Source: Fimbriosthenelais zetlandica (taxonomy: Eukaryota). Taken from it: a stretch of DNA of 64,000 nucleotides. The stretch lies in contig OZ365110.1 in NCBI GenBank assembly GCA_977030845.1, forward strand, positions 38,316,001-38,380,000, written 5' to 3'. The notes beneath the pieces are model-generated. The model did not search any database. It worked only from the letters and a program-made list of their open reading frames with translations, and was not told where the DNA came from. Position numbers and translations under genes: made by a program. Below, in pieces: positions 51,791 to 64,000 of the stretch (the first letter of the stretch is position 1; each line of letters opens with the position of its first letter).

Positions 51791-54614
51791 AGTACATGGT
51801 ATCACTGTATAAATGTATGTTACAGGATTGCTGCCTGTCACTCTGCCTGTAGATGAACTCCAGTGATAAGCAAACTGATCTGCTTCTGGTCCATTGATGC
51901 AACAGTCCAAAGCAACTCTAGATCCAATGCAATCAACTTCCCTATGGCCTCCAGCATCCATCGTTGGCAAGGTGTAGACTTTCCCCATTATATTAATGTA
52001 CATTAAAGTGCTTTCAACACTGTCAACACTACCATGCGGATTAATATTTTTTGACGTTACATTTTCAGCAACCAATCTTCGGTAAGATTCTACATATCCA
52101 GTTTCAAAAGTAGTAACCCTGCACGTTCATGGAATGAATATGAGTGACATTTAGAAATATTCATACCAAGGAGAAACATGTTATTAGTTAATGACTTCCT
52201 GTGTCATCCATGTTTGTTTCTCTTTTCGTATTGCATTTCCTTCCATTTGCATTTCCAATGCATGACTACGTTGATCATTTAGTAATTAAATTCGCTCATA
52301 TTCCCATAGGTTAGCTGTAATATTGATAAGTGCCTATTCTTGCCAATGACCTATTCAGAAAGGTAGGTGGAAAGGGCAGTCATCCTTTTTTAAAAGACGC
52401 TAATGCAAATCCTTTAATGGGCCTAAGAAATTCCCCCCTGGAGAATAATTAAACAAAGTGGAAAACACGTTGCATGTAAGCTGTTGCAGACAATCTACCA
52501 ACCTTCTACTAGTAATTATCGATTTTTAGCAAAACTTTAAGTAACTTCGCTGTCAAGTATATGTACAATGCACCATATAGACACTTAACCATGTTTGACA
52601 ACGGGTCTTCCTCGGGTGTCTCATAGTTTTACAGATAGTGGAGGGTGGGAAAGTCGCCCAATAGCAGTCGCTATAAGACAGCTATAGTGTTGGCCTTTCA
52701 CAAAGATGGAAAGGAAACTATAGTCTCTAAAAGATCTACTCACTTCTATGACAAAATTTGCTCGGGGAAGAGTAATAAAATTTAAAACATCATAATGGGC
52801 CTCTATGCCTCCTCTGCACTGTCTCATTAAATATTTCTTTTTAAATTTGAGTTGAGCAGACAATTTAACGGCATGCATGTGTATGGCCAATTGAATGGTC
52901 ATACACATGCAGGGGAGAATTCTATAATTCCCGTTGATTTGGTTCATCGATATATCGGTCGTTGCAATATTGAATTATTCATTCAGCTCGGCTGTAGAGG
53001 TATTTCATGAATAAATAGACTAAGTTTCAGGATATTGCTCCCAGCACGTCGTATATTGCCCAGGGGGACGTGAGGATGCATGTACCAAGGGGGTTCTGTT
53101 CAAATCCCTCTCCATCCTGCCCCATTTGCTTTTTCGCCTTATCACCCCAGGGAATTGACCAAATACATGCTGATCCACTTGAGCATAGTACTTGGAAAGG
53201 GATTATTTATGGTCTTAGCTTCCAGTTCCGGTCTATATTTTTTTACATGCTAGTGCAGACTTAACGGTAATGATGTTTCTAAGCAGGGCTGAATTTTAAT
53301 GATGAGGGGCGAGTATCAGACAGAAATGTGCTCCATTATTCCATAGGATTAACCTTAGAGAAGGAAGATTTCTTTCTAAACAATGTCCTGTCTATAAATC
53401 TATTTGCAATAAGGAGACTGCCATGAAATGCTTTACAATAATTGTCCCACTATTGTGCAACTGGATCACGAGTTCCAAGGAATAATTATGCTATAATTCT
53501 ATATCAAATTCTCTCCGCCTCATGAAATATGAATGTCTTTGCTGCAATCCCTGGCACTTGCTTCCATTTCTTCGCCTTTTTAATGGGCAATCACAGCGAA
53601 TGGGGATCCGTGGAGCATCAATGTTTTATCTCATTGTCAGCATCCATTAACAATGGAAGGTTGTGTCTTAAGAACACGCCAATCTCACACGATTGTTCCG
53701 ACACCGAAATTCATAAATTTCATTCTTCTATCTATAGTATTGTGAGGGAAGGGCTAGCTGGGAATATATCTGGCTATGCAATCATATGCCTTTGCATAAT
53801 TGATGGAAGATATCTTTTTCATAATGATCTCATCTTTTTGTAAGGCTATTTTATAGTCTCCTTGGTTTTGGTCTCCAATATGATATAGCATAGCCCAAAT
53901 CGTAGGACAACATTGTAAAAACTATGTTATTCAACCTCGGTCAGATTATGTATTACCAATTTGTCAAATTTGCTTCCATTTCCTTTCCCATTTTGGTTTT
54001 CCAATTTATCGCCCATGGCTACATGTTTTATAAGTCATCAAGCCGATCCATTCCAAATCATATTTGACATCTGCATGGCAGATGCATCATAATTAAATGT
54101 CTCGAAATATTAATGGCAACATCCCTCAATGGTTACTATCAAGTCTATGGAGAACCCCACACTTTCGTCGAACTTGCCATAATTTTGACAGAAAAAAGTT
54201 CTAAAACTGTGCTTCCTTCAATCCTGAGAATAATTACAAGGATTCAAAAGGGATCAACACACTCATTGACTGCCGCAGCCTGGTGAAATGTGTCGCCAAC
54301 TCCATCATTCCTCCTATTCCAATTTTTCCCAATGCTCAAATCGAGCGTAGGATTCAAATACGCTCTATCAAGACTATTTGTGATATAGGGAAGTGCAATT
54401 TGTAATAAAATGTACCAATCTGACGCAATCTTATATATCTTGTATATACATAGTGAACATATTACCGCCCCAGGCGAGGGTCCGGCCCTTAAAGGGTCCC
54501 TGATATTTGACATACCTTTCCTGTTTTCATCATGTGACTGTCAATTCTGATCAAAACTCTCTCTCTTTTCCTTCACCCACCCTTGGCATGAAGGATTAAG
54601 CAGGCAAACGCAGG

Positions 54615-54622
54615 TATAAAAG
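54615..54622 (+). promoter_or_regulatory. Canonical TATA box in a GC-richer patch
   Basis: GGTATAAAAGGCGCC, with GC-rich flanks. No downstream gene was recognised. Confidence 0.2.
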
Positions 54623-57600
54623 GCGCCTAAGGGGGGACGACAGGACTGGACCATATCCCCTAGGGCGAGATACTGCTTCCAAAGCATGACGTGCTGACAG
54701 GTCTTATGACATCAAAGCGCCCCCTTTTATCCCAGCCATGCACCAACATCCTTGTTGGTCCGGACTCATTTTCTGATACTGAAGGGAAGCCTGTCCCTGT
54801 GTCTGCAGCTAAGCCTCTGTCATTCTATGCTGTCCTGCCAAACATTACAGCAAAAAAGGCCATCATAGATAGAGTCACCCACTCTCATTTCCTACTTCAT
54901 CTACAAAATGTCACTCCAACTCATTTTCTCTGATTCAGACTAATTTTCTGTATAGTTACAGGAGGATTGAGGAGTAAGTAAAAAGCAAAGGGAAAATCAC
55001 AAATTGTAGTTGGAAAATGACATGTAAAATGGAAATTAGTCATAATTAGAGATAACTGAATTCTCATAAGAAAATACATAATCTGGTGAAAAAGTTTAAC
55101 TTTAACATAGGGAATGCTTATAGAGATTGAATTGACAAAAACGGTGTTGCTATAATGGATAGAAATGTCTGAAATCTCAGGGTGTATTATCACTATAGAA
55201 AATGTGACACTGGAATTATTGATCCATTGACGGTTTGAAATGTCAGCAAGTTACGGTTGAAAGGCCGAGCCATCACACATTCTGCCAGCCTTTCTTGACA
55301 GTATGACTATCCTATGGGAATGGCTGGCACCCGGTAAGTGAGTATAGCGTTCCCGCGGGCGTAGTGTGGGCCTAAGTCAATAAATCTGTAAATGTTGCCT
55401 CCAGGTATCTTCTTAGGTCCTTGGATTAAGACCATAGGCAGGTAAAGCAAATTTGTGGCAGTCTGAAGGGAGAGTTATGTTAATGGTGACACGAATGAGT
55501 TCTGGCTCACATCTGGGAAATCGGATACACTGCAAAAACTGGTCACTTTCTCAGGATCATAGACCACTATGCAATATAATGAAAAAGAAAAATGCATAGA
55601 AATATGATAATGAACTCGGTATAAATGATGTTTACCTGTTATATCAAGATCCAAAATTAGCAATGAAAAGCAGAATCAGAACGATGGTAAATAATCTAAT
55701 GTTGCATAATATAGCAGGAAGACTGAATCACGTAGGAGAAGTGATGGTGACAAATAGGGGAGGTTTTCCTTGAAATTTCCCAACTAATATGCTAATTTCA
55801 TAACAAACGAGCTCATTACTTCGCAATTAATCAATGCGCAATCATTAAGGAAATATCACCCCCTGCTCAACGCTTGATAGCGATGCGATCAATGTAAAAA
55901 GTTCTTCTACCTAATCAGTCACTTTCTATGTTGTTTCCTGCTAAATGTCCATAATTTATGCATCTTTAGAAAGCATGTCCAGGTGCCATTTCAGTTCTCG
56001 CTTGGTTGCTATTAAATGCTTTAAATACTGCTGCTGAACTGAGTTAACTTGATTTGACAAATCATTTTCAGCAAATGCATTTGTTCTTTCAAGTTTGGTT
56101 CTAAAAGTTATCTTTTAGAAGGAAGTTCAAGATGAATCGAAATATGAATACAAACAGCAGACATATAGTATCGTCTGAAGCAATGGGTGCTCAGTCATCT
56201 TGCTATTCAAAGAGTTTTAGAAGTTTAAAGAATCCTTAAGTTCTAACGGCGGAGCTGAATTTCCTCACTCTATTTTATTTTCTGGGGGAATAGTAAGATC
56301 TATAAGAACCTTTATATGGTGCTTACAAGTGGCTTACAATACATAACTGACAAGCTTTAACTGTTGGCATACACCATTATTGGGATTCCTCTCAGACAAT
56401 TGAGTCAGGCTCGGATGTTTGTCAATCACTGCAGATAAATGGCATGGTCCAGGGGCCAGCGTCGAGCACTTTGCCCTGCCCTCTACCACATGCAGCGGAA
56501 ACCTAATGTCAGGTTATCTCATAAAGGGATAATCTTCCTATGAATTCTATATTAGTGCTGGGCTGGGCTGAATCCTATAATGATGATGATACGTTCTTAG
56601 TATAACAGGTACTGAACCACACAGAGGAAACTGCCACTGAGTTTCCTTACATGTGGCAGGATATCAGGTAAAATAATCAAATTTAATCAGTAGTTGCTGA
56701 ATAGTCCCACCTTAAGGATGCGACAAGTCTTCAATCTATGCCTGGTTTGAACAGAAAATAGTAATTCAAAATTGGCTTAGTTCCTAATCAGACCATGTGG
56801 TTTGGGTCCTTCTTACACTGACAGATTTTCATGACAGATACCTCGAATTTCAGCACGAAGTTCGTGGAGGTGTCATGTTTTATTCTGCAGCAAACACTTC
56901 AACTGAGGGCTGCATGTTGTATTGCAATAATCAAGGGCACTTCATCATGAAAGTGCAAGCAATAGGACATGCAGGTCGTGTCTATAACAAGTTGAACTAG
57001 GACAAGGAAAAAATATTATTTTTCGTCGATGAAATCGTGTATATGGTTTAATTGCAAAATATGCCGTTCCTTTGATTTTCCATTTCCATCAGGAGTTTGT
57101 TTCAGGAAAAAAAAGGCTTGCATTTCATTTACACCTAAAACAATATTTTAGCATTCAGTACACACTTTGTGAAAACATTGTGCCTCAATAAAAGCAACGT
57201 GAAACAAAAGTAGAAGTTTGATAGCAGAATGCTGAATAAAACAGATACCTTATTCCAACTGAAGTGCAGTGCCAGTCATCCACAGGCTATTTTCACCATG
57301 TTCTTCCATTGAAGTTGGTATATAAAAGGGAGGGGAATGGAGGAAGGTTAGGTGCTATAGTGGTGTTATATGGCCTGTTGACCAGGTGGAGTGTGATGGG
57401 ATCACTGAATCAGAAGATGTGATACCAGAGAGTGGAGAGAGAACTTGGGAAGGCTAGTTTGGCACGCTTATAAAAGCCTTGGCCAGACTGCACTCTATAC
57501 ATAAAGTCCCTCCCATCAAACCAACCAAGACCGCCATTCACTACTGCAGAGGTACTTCTCTGAAAGATTAAGCAACAATGCACGGAAGCATTTCGTGGTG

Positions 57601-59649
57601 AATTTTGTCTTCCTACTGCCTCCACAATCCTCTGATGTACCACATAACCCAGCACAAACGGTGCACTTAAAATGTCAGGTTAGTTCATCCCAGATGGATG
57701 GAAGTGATGGATGTGGACAAACACCTTCATAAACTTCTTTGGAGACCGCACCATATGATCCTTAGGAATGAGCAGTAAACATCCAAGCAGGCAGGTTCCT
57801 ATGGCAGCAATAGCCGGGAACAGACTTGTGACTGTAAAATCAGATTACTGCCAGATGCAAGGCTCCACATACTATGCATAAAACCTACGCTGGACTGCCC
57901 AACCCCAACTGACCTATTGAGGATCCGAGCCGATATAGACATTAAGAGATTCTGTGTAGAATATATATTTCACCAAACATATTTTTTTTTATCTCAAGGA
58001 GATGTCTTCGTGAGGTCAAGATCAAGAAATATCTGATAATCAGCCTGTGGATAAAACACGAAGCCTTTCTGGTATAAAACAAAAGTTTTGAGGAGTGTGA
58101 AGTATAAAGTACCCAAGATTGATTGATCTATGGGTGCTGTCTTTTTAAAGATAGCATGAATGATGGATGTGTTGTTTTTCGCTCTTCTTTTCTTTTTCTC
58201 AGCACTGACCTTAAGCCCTTATATAGGGCTAGGTCGCAGGAAGGCAGGTCCTCCTGTGTGAGATATAGGCTGACAGACGCTATCTGAGTGATGTTCCCAT
58301 ATCTCCTGTTATAGCCCCATCCTCTCCTGCCACTGGTTTGTGATGGAGATGCTTTTGCCCCTGGCACACACGCCCTAAGCTCTTTATTATGGTCTGCCAT
58401 GACAGGGCCTAAAAATCACCCCTGGTCAAGTATCATTTCCTTTTTTGATACCTCTCTGCACTGCCTATCTGCGACAGCAGTATCAAGGCCTGGGTCTGCT
58501 CCTATCTTATCGTCATAAAATGGCGCTTTTTACCACATATAAATGTCCCCTATATTTAGGTTTCATCTCCGTCCTATTCCAAAATATTCCATTACAGGGC
58601 TTCATTCAATTATGGGACTCCATAATTTATATCTAGTACTTATTGGAAATGTGGATTACTCGGTCAGACACGGAGGATAACAATCATAATATCCTAAATT
58701 CATGCCAAGTGAGAAGACTATCCATTTTTGGATTAATTAATTCTAAAAGGGACATGCTAAATGCTTATTGCCAATTGCCAAACCACCATAATACTGAAAT
58801 TTCCCAAAATAGAATCACAAATTGTAGACGAATTAAATGTCATTATAGTTGGAATATTAAAAGTGAGTGGATGTCTCACTGGAGCCACATCAGAATTTAA
58901 CTGTAAGGTTGCTCCAGTTTCAAGGACCAATATTTGTCAACGGTGTGCTCAATATTTTTTCCTCCCAATGTTAATGTCATTATCAATGTTGTTTGAACCA
59001 ATATAACAGGCCCTCATCCCCCATGAGGGAGGCAGCTTGGGTGACTTTGATTTTATCCTCATTCTGTCGACGCCGGCTTCAAACATCAGAAGCCACTTGG
59101 ACCTGGTTTGTTGGTCGTCCTGTTATGTACAAATAGATCGTGAAAAGTCGGGATCTCGCTGTTCACCATATCTGGCCAACAGATCATATGTTATGTACAA
59201 CCTCTGATCATGACATATAGATGAACCTGTGTCAGCATATAGATCCCACCAGTCCTCTTTTATAGACTGCAAATAGAGCACTTCAAAGCGAATATATCCA
59301 TACAGGCAGCATGGAGGTGGCAGTGTACATAGGTTGATTGTAGGGTGGGATCAAACCAAAATGTCAAAAAAGCCCTTTTGGAAGTTACTAGCCCACACGA
59401 CCATCTCCATGTCCATTTGCTCTTCTCTGAAGGGAATCATGGCTAGAAGAGCTGCTCATAGATATGCCATAAGGTCTCCCGGCAAATGAGATGGACAAAT
59501 AGGCACATCAAGCCAGCAGGTGACATTGGGCGCTGCTGGCTGGGAGGGAGCTACGAGTAGGGAGATCAGGAAAAAGAGGAGAGAGGAGAGAGTGGGGGAG
59601 AGGATCGCAAGCCCATTAACATTAGTCCTCCAGTGATCTTCTCCAGTGC

Positions 59650-60044
59650 ATATATGGCCATCACTGCATCAGGAGTTGCCTACAATACTCTCTACCCCCT
59701 CTTGCCTCTCTTTGACTCCTCTTCCTCTATCTCACTCCCTCCCTCTCTGACTCTTAAGTCAACCTACCCTCGTCAACAGCTGCTAGTCTATACAGTACTC
59801 GAGGAAAGATGTATTCACTACTCTCAAGGCAATGTTCTATAAGATCTTTTTTATTTATGGATATTTTACTTCCTCAGTTCCACTTCTGTGGTCTATTTTC
59901 TGTTATTTTCCATTCGTATCCTCTCATACATTTTCCTATACTCCATTTAGCCCTTCCTTCCATCCACAAATCTATCCATTTTTTACCATTTCCTTTCTTA
60001 TACTTTCCCTCCTCTGCCACATTTTCTCCTTTTTTTTTTTTTTT
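59650..60044 (+). repeat. Pyrimidine-rich tract ending in T15
   Basis: CT-rich sequence with a T run at 60030-60044. It generates the spurious F/S/P/L-rich ORFs. Confidence 0.85.
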
Positions 60045-60734
60045 ACAACCAACTGTATAATGCATTACACAATTTTGAAGCTGGAGACTTTGAAACGAAC
60101 AATTTTCAACACAATTACTAAATAAATTACACGCCATTGTATCTGCACTTCTCACCCAATGCATTAATGTCATGAAGATAATATGGAAACTTCAGAATCA
60201 CTCAATCAATAATTTCACAGGATCTTCAAAGGATTTCGAGTCATTTTCATTTTCGGAATGTCATCAGACTTCCCCTGCCCCCTTTCCATCATGAGAATCA
60301 TGTGGATTACAAGGAACTTTAACTAATTGAAACAATCCAAATGATAAGATACACAGTTGCATGTGGGCTTGTTAGTTTTCATTGCATGCATAACCATGTA
60401 CCGACAACATGGTTTTAGTATACATTTCAAAGTTGCATGACACTGATGTGCTTCTCGAATATTTAATCAGTATCAGGAGCATGCATCAGGTTTTCATCAT
60501 GGTGAGGTTTATTGTACCGCCATTAAACAAGCTCACATGGTGCCCTAGTCGATTGGTAAGTGGCATAGACTGGAGGAAGATGGATCTATTTTTTAACAAC
60601 TTGAAATGTGATGCAGCTTTGGGGGTGGCAGTTGATAAAATTGAAGAGCTCTAGAGGTCTGGCGACAAGCTCAAGATACCTCCCTGATCGAATTTATTTG
60701 CTCTGGTGCATCAGGACCTGCAGCATCTGAGTGT

Positions 60735-60900
60735 GCATGAGCTGCCTCGGGCCGAGGCACTCTACTATAAACTATATTGGGGCAGGAGTATAGGCCGAGG
60801 CAAACTTTTCATCAGGTCATAAGTTGGGCTTGAATCACAGGCAAATCGACCAGAAGCTTGTCTGGACTACGTTAATGGCCGGCCATTCTACTAAGAAAAG
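60735..60900 (-). mobile_element. Possible degenerate tRNA-derived SINE head
   Basis: On the minus strand, an A-box-like TAGTAGAATGG lies ~45 nt upstream of a B-box-like GATTCAAGCCC. A TGCCTCG/CGAGGCA hairpin lies near 60743-60759. Confidence 0.2.
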
Positions 60901-61748
60901 TTATAAATCATATTTAATAGTATTCTAATGTGTGGGTTTATAACTTTAATGACATTGTCCACCTATAGGTTGTATGGCTCTGCTGTTAAACAGCTAGAAC
61001 ACACATCTGTGAGTGGGTGTCGTGAAAAGCAAAAGAAAAAACGCCCCTGGAGGGCAGATGAAACTGCCTCTAGTGGCCAGCATGTACACCAGCCATCTCT
61101 GCACGCCAACACACACACGGCCTACAGCCAGCAGCCATCGACTCCTCCTTCTCAATGGCCATGCTGTTTGCTTGCCAGCCTCGGTCAGCTAATCTGACAC
61201 GGCTATGCATTGACTTGTAGAGAAAACTTTACACTATTTGTACAACTGGTGATGTGGATTTGACTCCCTATATGTTTGGTTTTACACCAGTAATATGGAA
61301 CAACATGTGATACTCATAGAATAAAATGTCAATTCACAAAAATCTTTCATCTGGCGACGGTATTAAAAAAAACTTCAAATTTCACATACCAGGATCGATT
61401 TTCATTTCATATTATATCCGGAGGACAATCAATACACCTGTACAAATTTCATTTGTTTGATATTGAACAGTTGCAACGTTAAAAGAACAAGTGAAAACTT
61501 TTTCATTGAGTCTTTTACCACCCTTCCCTTATATTCAGGTCTGAGCCCTGCAGGGCTGTAGTCCTGCCCAGACTACGCATATTGAGCAGGAGACTAGTCA
61601 GACTGAAAAATAATGTAGTTCAGGAATGGACTATGAGTCTATCTCATGTCAATCTTCCTTTGTGAACACTTGTCTAATACTGATTTATCAAATGAATCTG
61701 ATGCGTCACAATAACCAATGGTAAGCCCAAGGGCTAATGTGGCACATC

Positions 61749-61784
61749 TTCTGAAAGAGGCTTCTGAAAGAGGCATCTGAAGGC
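61749..61784. repeat. 13-bp tandem repeat, 2 copies plus a partial third
   Basis: TTCTGAAAGAGGC x2, then ATCTGAAGGC. Confidence 0.85.
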
Positions 61785-62354
61785 ACAAGTGCTGGAACTA
61801 AGCTGTGGCATAGCAACACAATATACCTGCAATACAAACTGTAGTCAAAGCTCCCTTTAATGTGCCCGGATCGCTATTCACATGTGAAATGAGGGGAACA
61901 TATCAAAGGCAGAGACCGAGAGCCAGACACATAGAATATTAGTCCCCCCTGTCAGTTCTATGAGAGGCTATTATTCTGGAACAAACAGTCAGGACTGGTG
62001 CTTTAATGAATATTCAGGTGCTCCTGAATCCATGCCCCTCACACGATGGACGAAGCAAACCAGCGAGACAGATTCTCAATTGCTGAGCCTTGTACTCAAG
62101 CGCCAGCGGGGAAATAGTGAAATCAGCAGGATTTAAAGAGGCGTGAGGGAAAGAAATGATACTTACCAATTAGCTAGTGAAGAAATCCGTGGATGGAAAG
62201 GATGGAGTCCCGCGGTGGCAAAATGCGACCATATGGAGAGGTGTGTTTCTTCAGCGAGCACTGGCAGTGTTAACAGTGGTGTGGTGGGCGGTAGGTAGCT
62301 AGTGGCTTTGGGGATGTAAGATGCAGGCAGGTAGGTAGGTTATCAGTGGTGTGA

Positions 62355-62450
62355 GATGGGGAGGGATGAGGAGGAGGAGGAGGACGTAGATGGGGAGGTG
62401 GGGGGAGGTGGAGGGGGCTTATAGTAGCTGGTAGTGAACACACACACACC
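62355..62450 (+). repeat. G-rich simple-repeat patch ((GAG)5, G-tracts, short (CA)n)
   Basis: (GAG)5 at 62368-62382; G-tracts at 62358, 62392, 62400 and 62413; ACACACACAC near 62438-62448. Confidence 0.85.
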
Positions 62451-64000
62451 AGCAGCGTTCTAACCACCAAGCATGCCTGGTCAGCAGTCAGAAAGGCTAA
62501 GACACGTACTATAGGGCGTCCACCACTCAACCCACCCACTGAGCAACCTGCTGGCGACCTACGAGCAGCTCGCCCCCGGCCAGTAACTCACCTACTGCCC
62601 CGACAAGCAATCCTTAAAGTCCTCACAGTGAAAGCCGGCTCGAACTTACAGGCTTTCTACAGTTGTATAAGTAGACAGTCAGTGATGACTTGTGAAACTG
62701 TCACTCATATACCTGTAACGATGAACTCGGCTGTAAAGCCCCTCTCTGAAGAGTCTCACCTCTTTCTCACTTGTCTAGACATCCCCAGATTAAAAGGTCC
62801 ATTATATGAAGTCTAGAACTAGGCAGAAGAGATTTGAGGTTTTTTTTCTGATGTCTTCAGGTAAGCTGATGGATGGCAGAATGCTTGATCCTATAGTGTT
62901 TGCTCTATACACCCTCATACAATGGCTGCTTGACCGGCAAGAGTGATGTCCAGCTATGTCTCTTCACGCTTGTTCCTGGCTGCTTCTTCCTCTTCTCCAG
63001 CTCTCTCGCCCTCTGTCTCTCACCCTTTCTCTCACCAGTCCCAGCTGCTGCAGCAAGTAAAGCCAACCTTCCACTCCATACTGTCGTATTGCTGCTGATG
63101 CTGCCACTGCTTCAACTGCTCCTGATGCTGCAGCCACCTCTTCTCCCCCTAGTGTCTGTAAAAGAAACCATATTGGCAATCACCATCACTGGATCTCGAA
63201 GATGGATGAAGGTCCTAAGGCAGAATGTAGAGAAGAAGCCCGGGCCGGGCTCCCCCTCCCTCACCCCCTACTCTACCTTTCAGGCAGTGGGAAATTTGCA
63301 TTCAGTCACACAAAATACACAAAGCTTGGCTAGAATTGGATAAAGCTCTAGATCTTGTAGCTTGGAGTGGAAGGTGGCGAGTGAAGTCTGGGTATGACAA
63401 AAGGGGGTCGGGAATCACCTATGACAGAGGCTGATTTGCTGGGGTATTTATCCCTCTCTGTCACGCCATGCACACGACCTAGCGCCAAGCTCATTTGCGA
63501 CTTTAGATTACAATGTTTTTTCTTGCTGATGCAGATAAGTAGAGAAGTGGGTAGATATGCGATACTCTGCGCGTGTGAATGGATAAAAATTCACCAACAG
63601 TGGAAGCAAGAATAATGCGCAAAATTGGCTTATTGTGCTGTCATAATTGTGACATAGATCTGTCAGGTCATACCTAAAAAAAGGCTCGTTTTCCTTCCAT
63701 TTTATCCGGCTGTGTGACAAGGAAACCAATCAAATGGTACAAAAGGTTATTCCATTTGGGCTAATAGCCAACCATTGATGACAATTATCTATAACAATTG
63801 GTAAGAAACCTCTATTTGTGGTGAATCATAAAATTATATAGATAAACATGGATTCAGGACGCACTTGGGTGCAGTAGGGATAAAATCACAAATTAAAGCA
63901 ACCATGGTAAAATGAACTTAAAAATAGATCTATAAATAATGTCATTATAAGTAATAAGGTATGAGTCAGATACAGAAAGCAGTAAACACGCCAACTCACA

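Noticed and set aside
59663-59674. ACTGCATCAGGA as miR-217
   Set aside because: A 12-nt match with a divergent 5' base and 3' half, and no hairpin; expected by chance.
61064-61079. CTCF site
   Set aside because: It lacks one G of the AGRGGGC core, so it is a near-match only.
62159-62167. ATACTTACC as the U1 snRNA 5' end
   Set aside because: The following sequence is not U1; it is simply the reverse complement of a splice donor.
1-64000. ORF-track ORFs as genes; CRISPR, rRNA, tRNA, operons
   Set aside because: All ORFs are 147 aa or shorter, and many use non-ATG starts or low-complexity sequence, as expected by chance in 64 kb. I saw no repeat-spacer array, rRNA-like sequence or complete cloverleaf.

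Overview
This window is AT-rich eukaryotic genomic DNA, probably from a marine invertebrate animal (a molluscan/deuterostome-like repeat landscape; the taxon is a guess). It is not prokaryotic or viral. I cannot support any intact protein-coding gene, rRNA, tRNA or CRISPR array. The longest ORF is 147 aa, and none of the listed ORFs reads as a recognisable intact protein. The window looks like a gene desert or a very large intron. It contains: (i) heavily decayed TE relics, namely a PIF/Harbinger DDE transposase at about 20.3-21.2 kb, several LINE endonuclease/RT scraps, and possible integrase and THAP scraps; (ii) two TIR-bounded MITE-like elements at 8.45-8.68 kb and 11.29-11.69 kb, the second with a SINE-like body nested inside; (iii) long purine/pyrimidine tracts and an (AG)43 microsatellite; (iv) short perfect hairpins; (v) blocks rich in homeodomain and RFX motifs that may be enhancers. 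The most coherent larger hypothesis is a minus-strand transcript starting in the GC-richer island at about 62.2-63.3 kb. That island has three near-consensus 5' splice donors, and there is a candidate non-coding exon at 39443-39533. All protein-family calls were made by eye from frameshifted translations and need HMM/Dfam confirmation. I found no convincing evidence for a novel biological system; the findings are leads of low to moderate strength.
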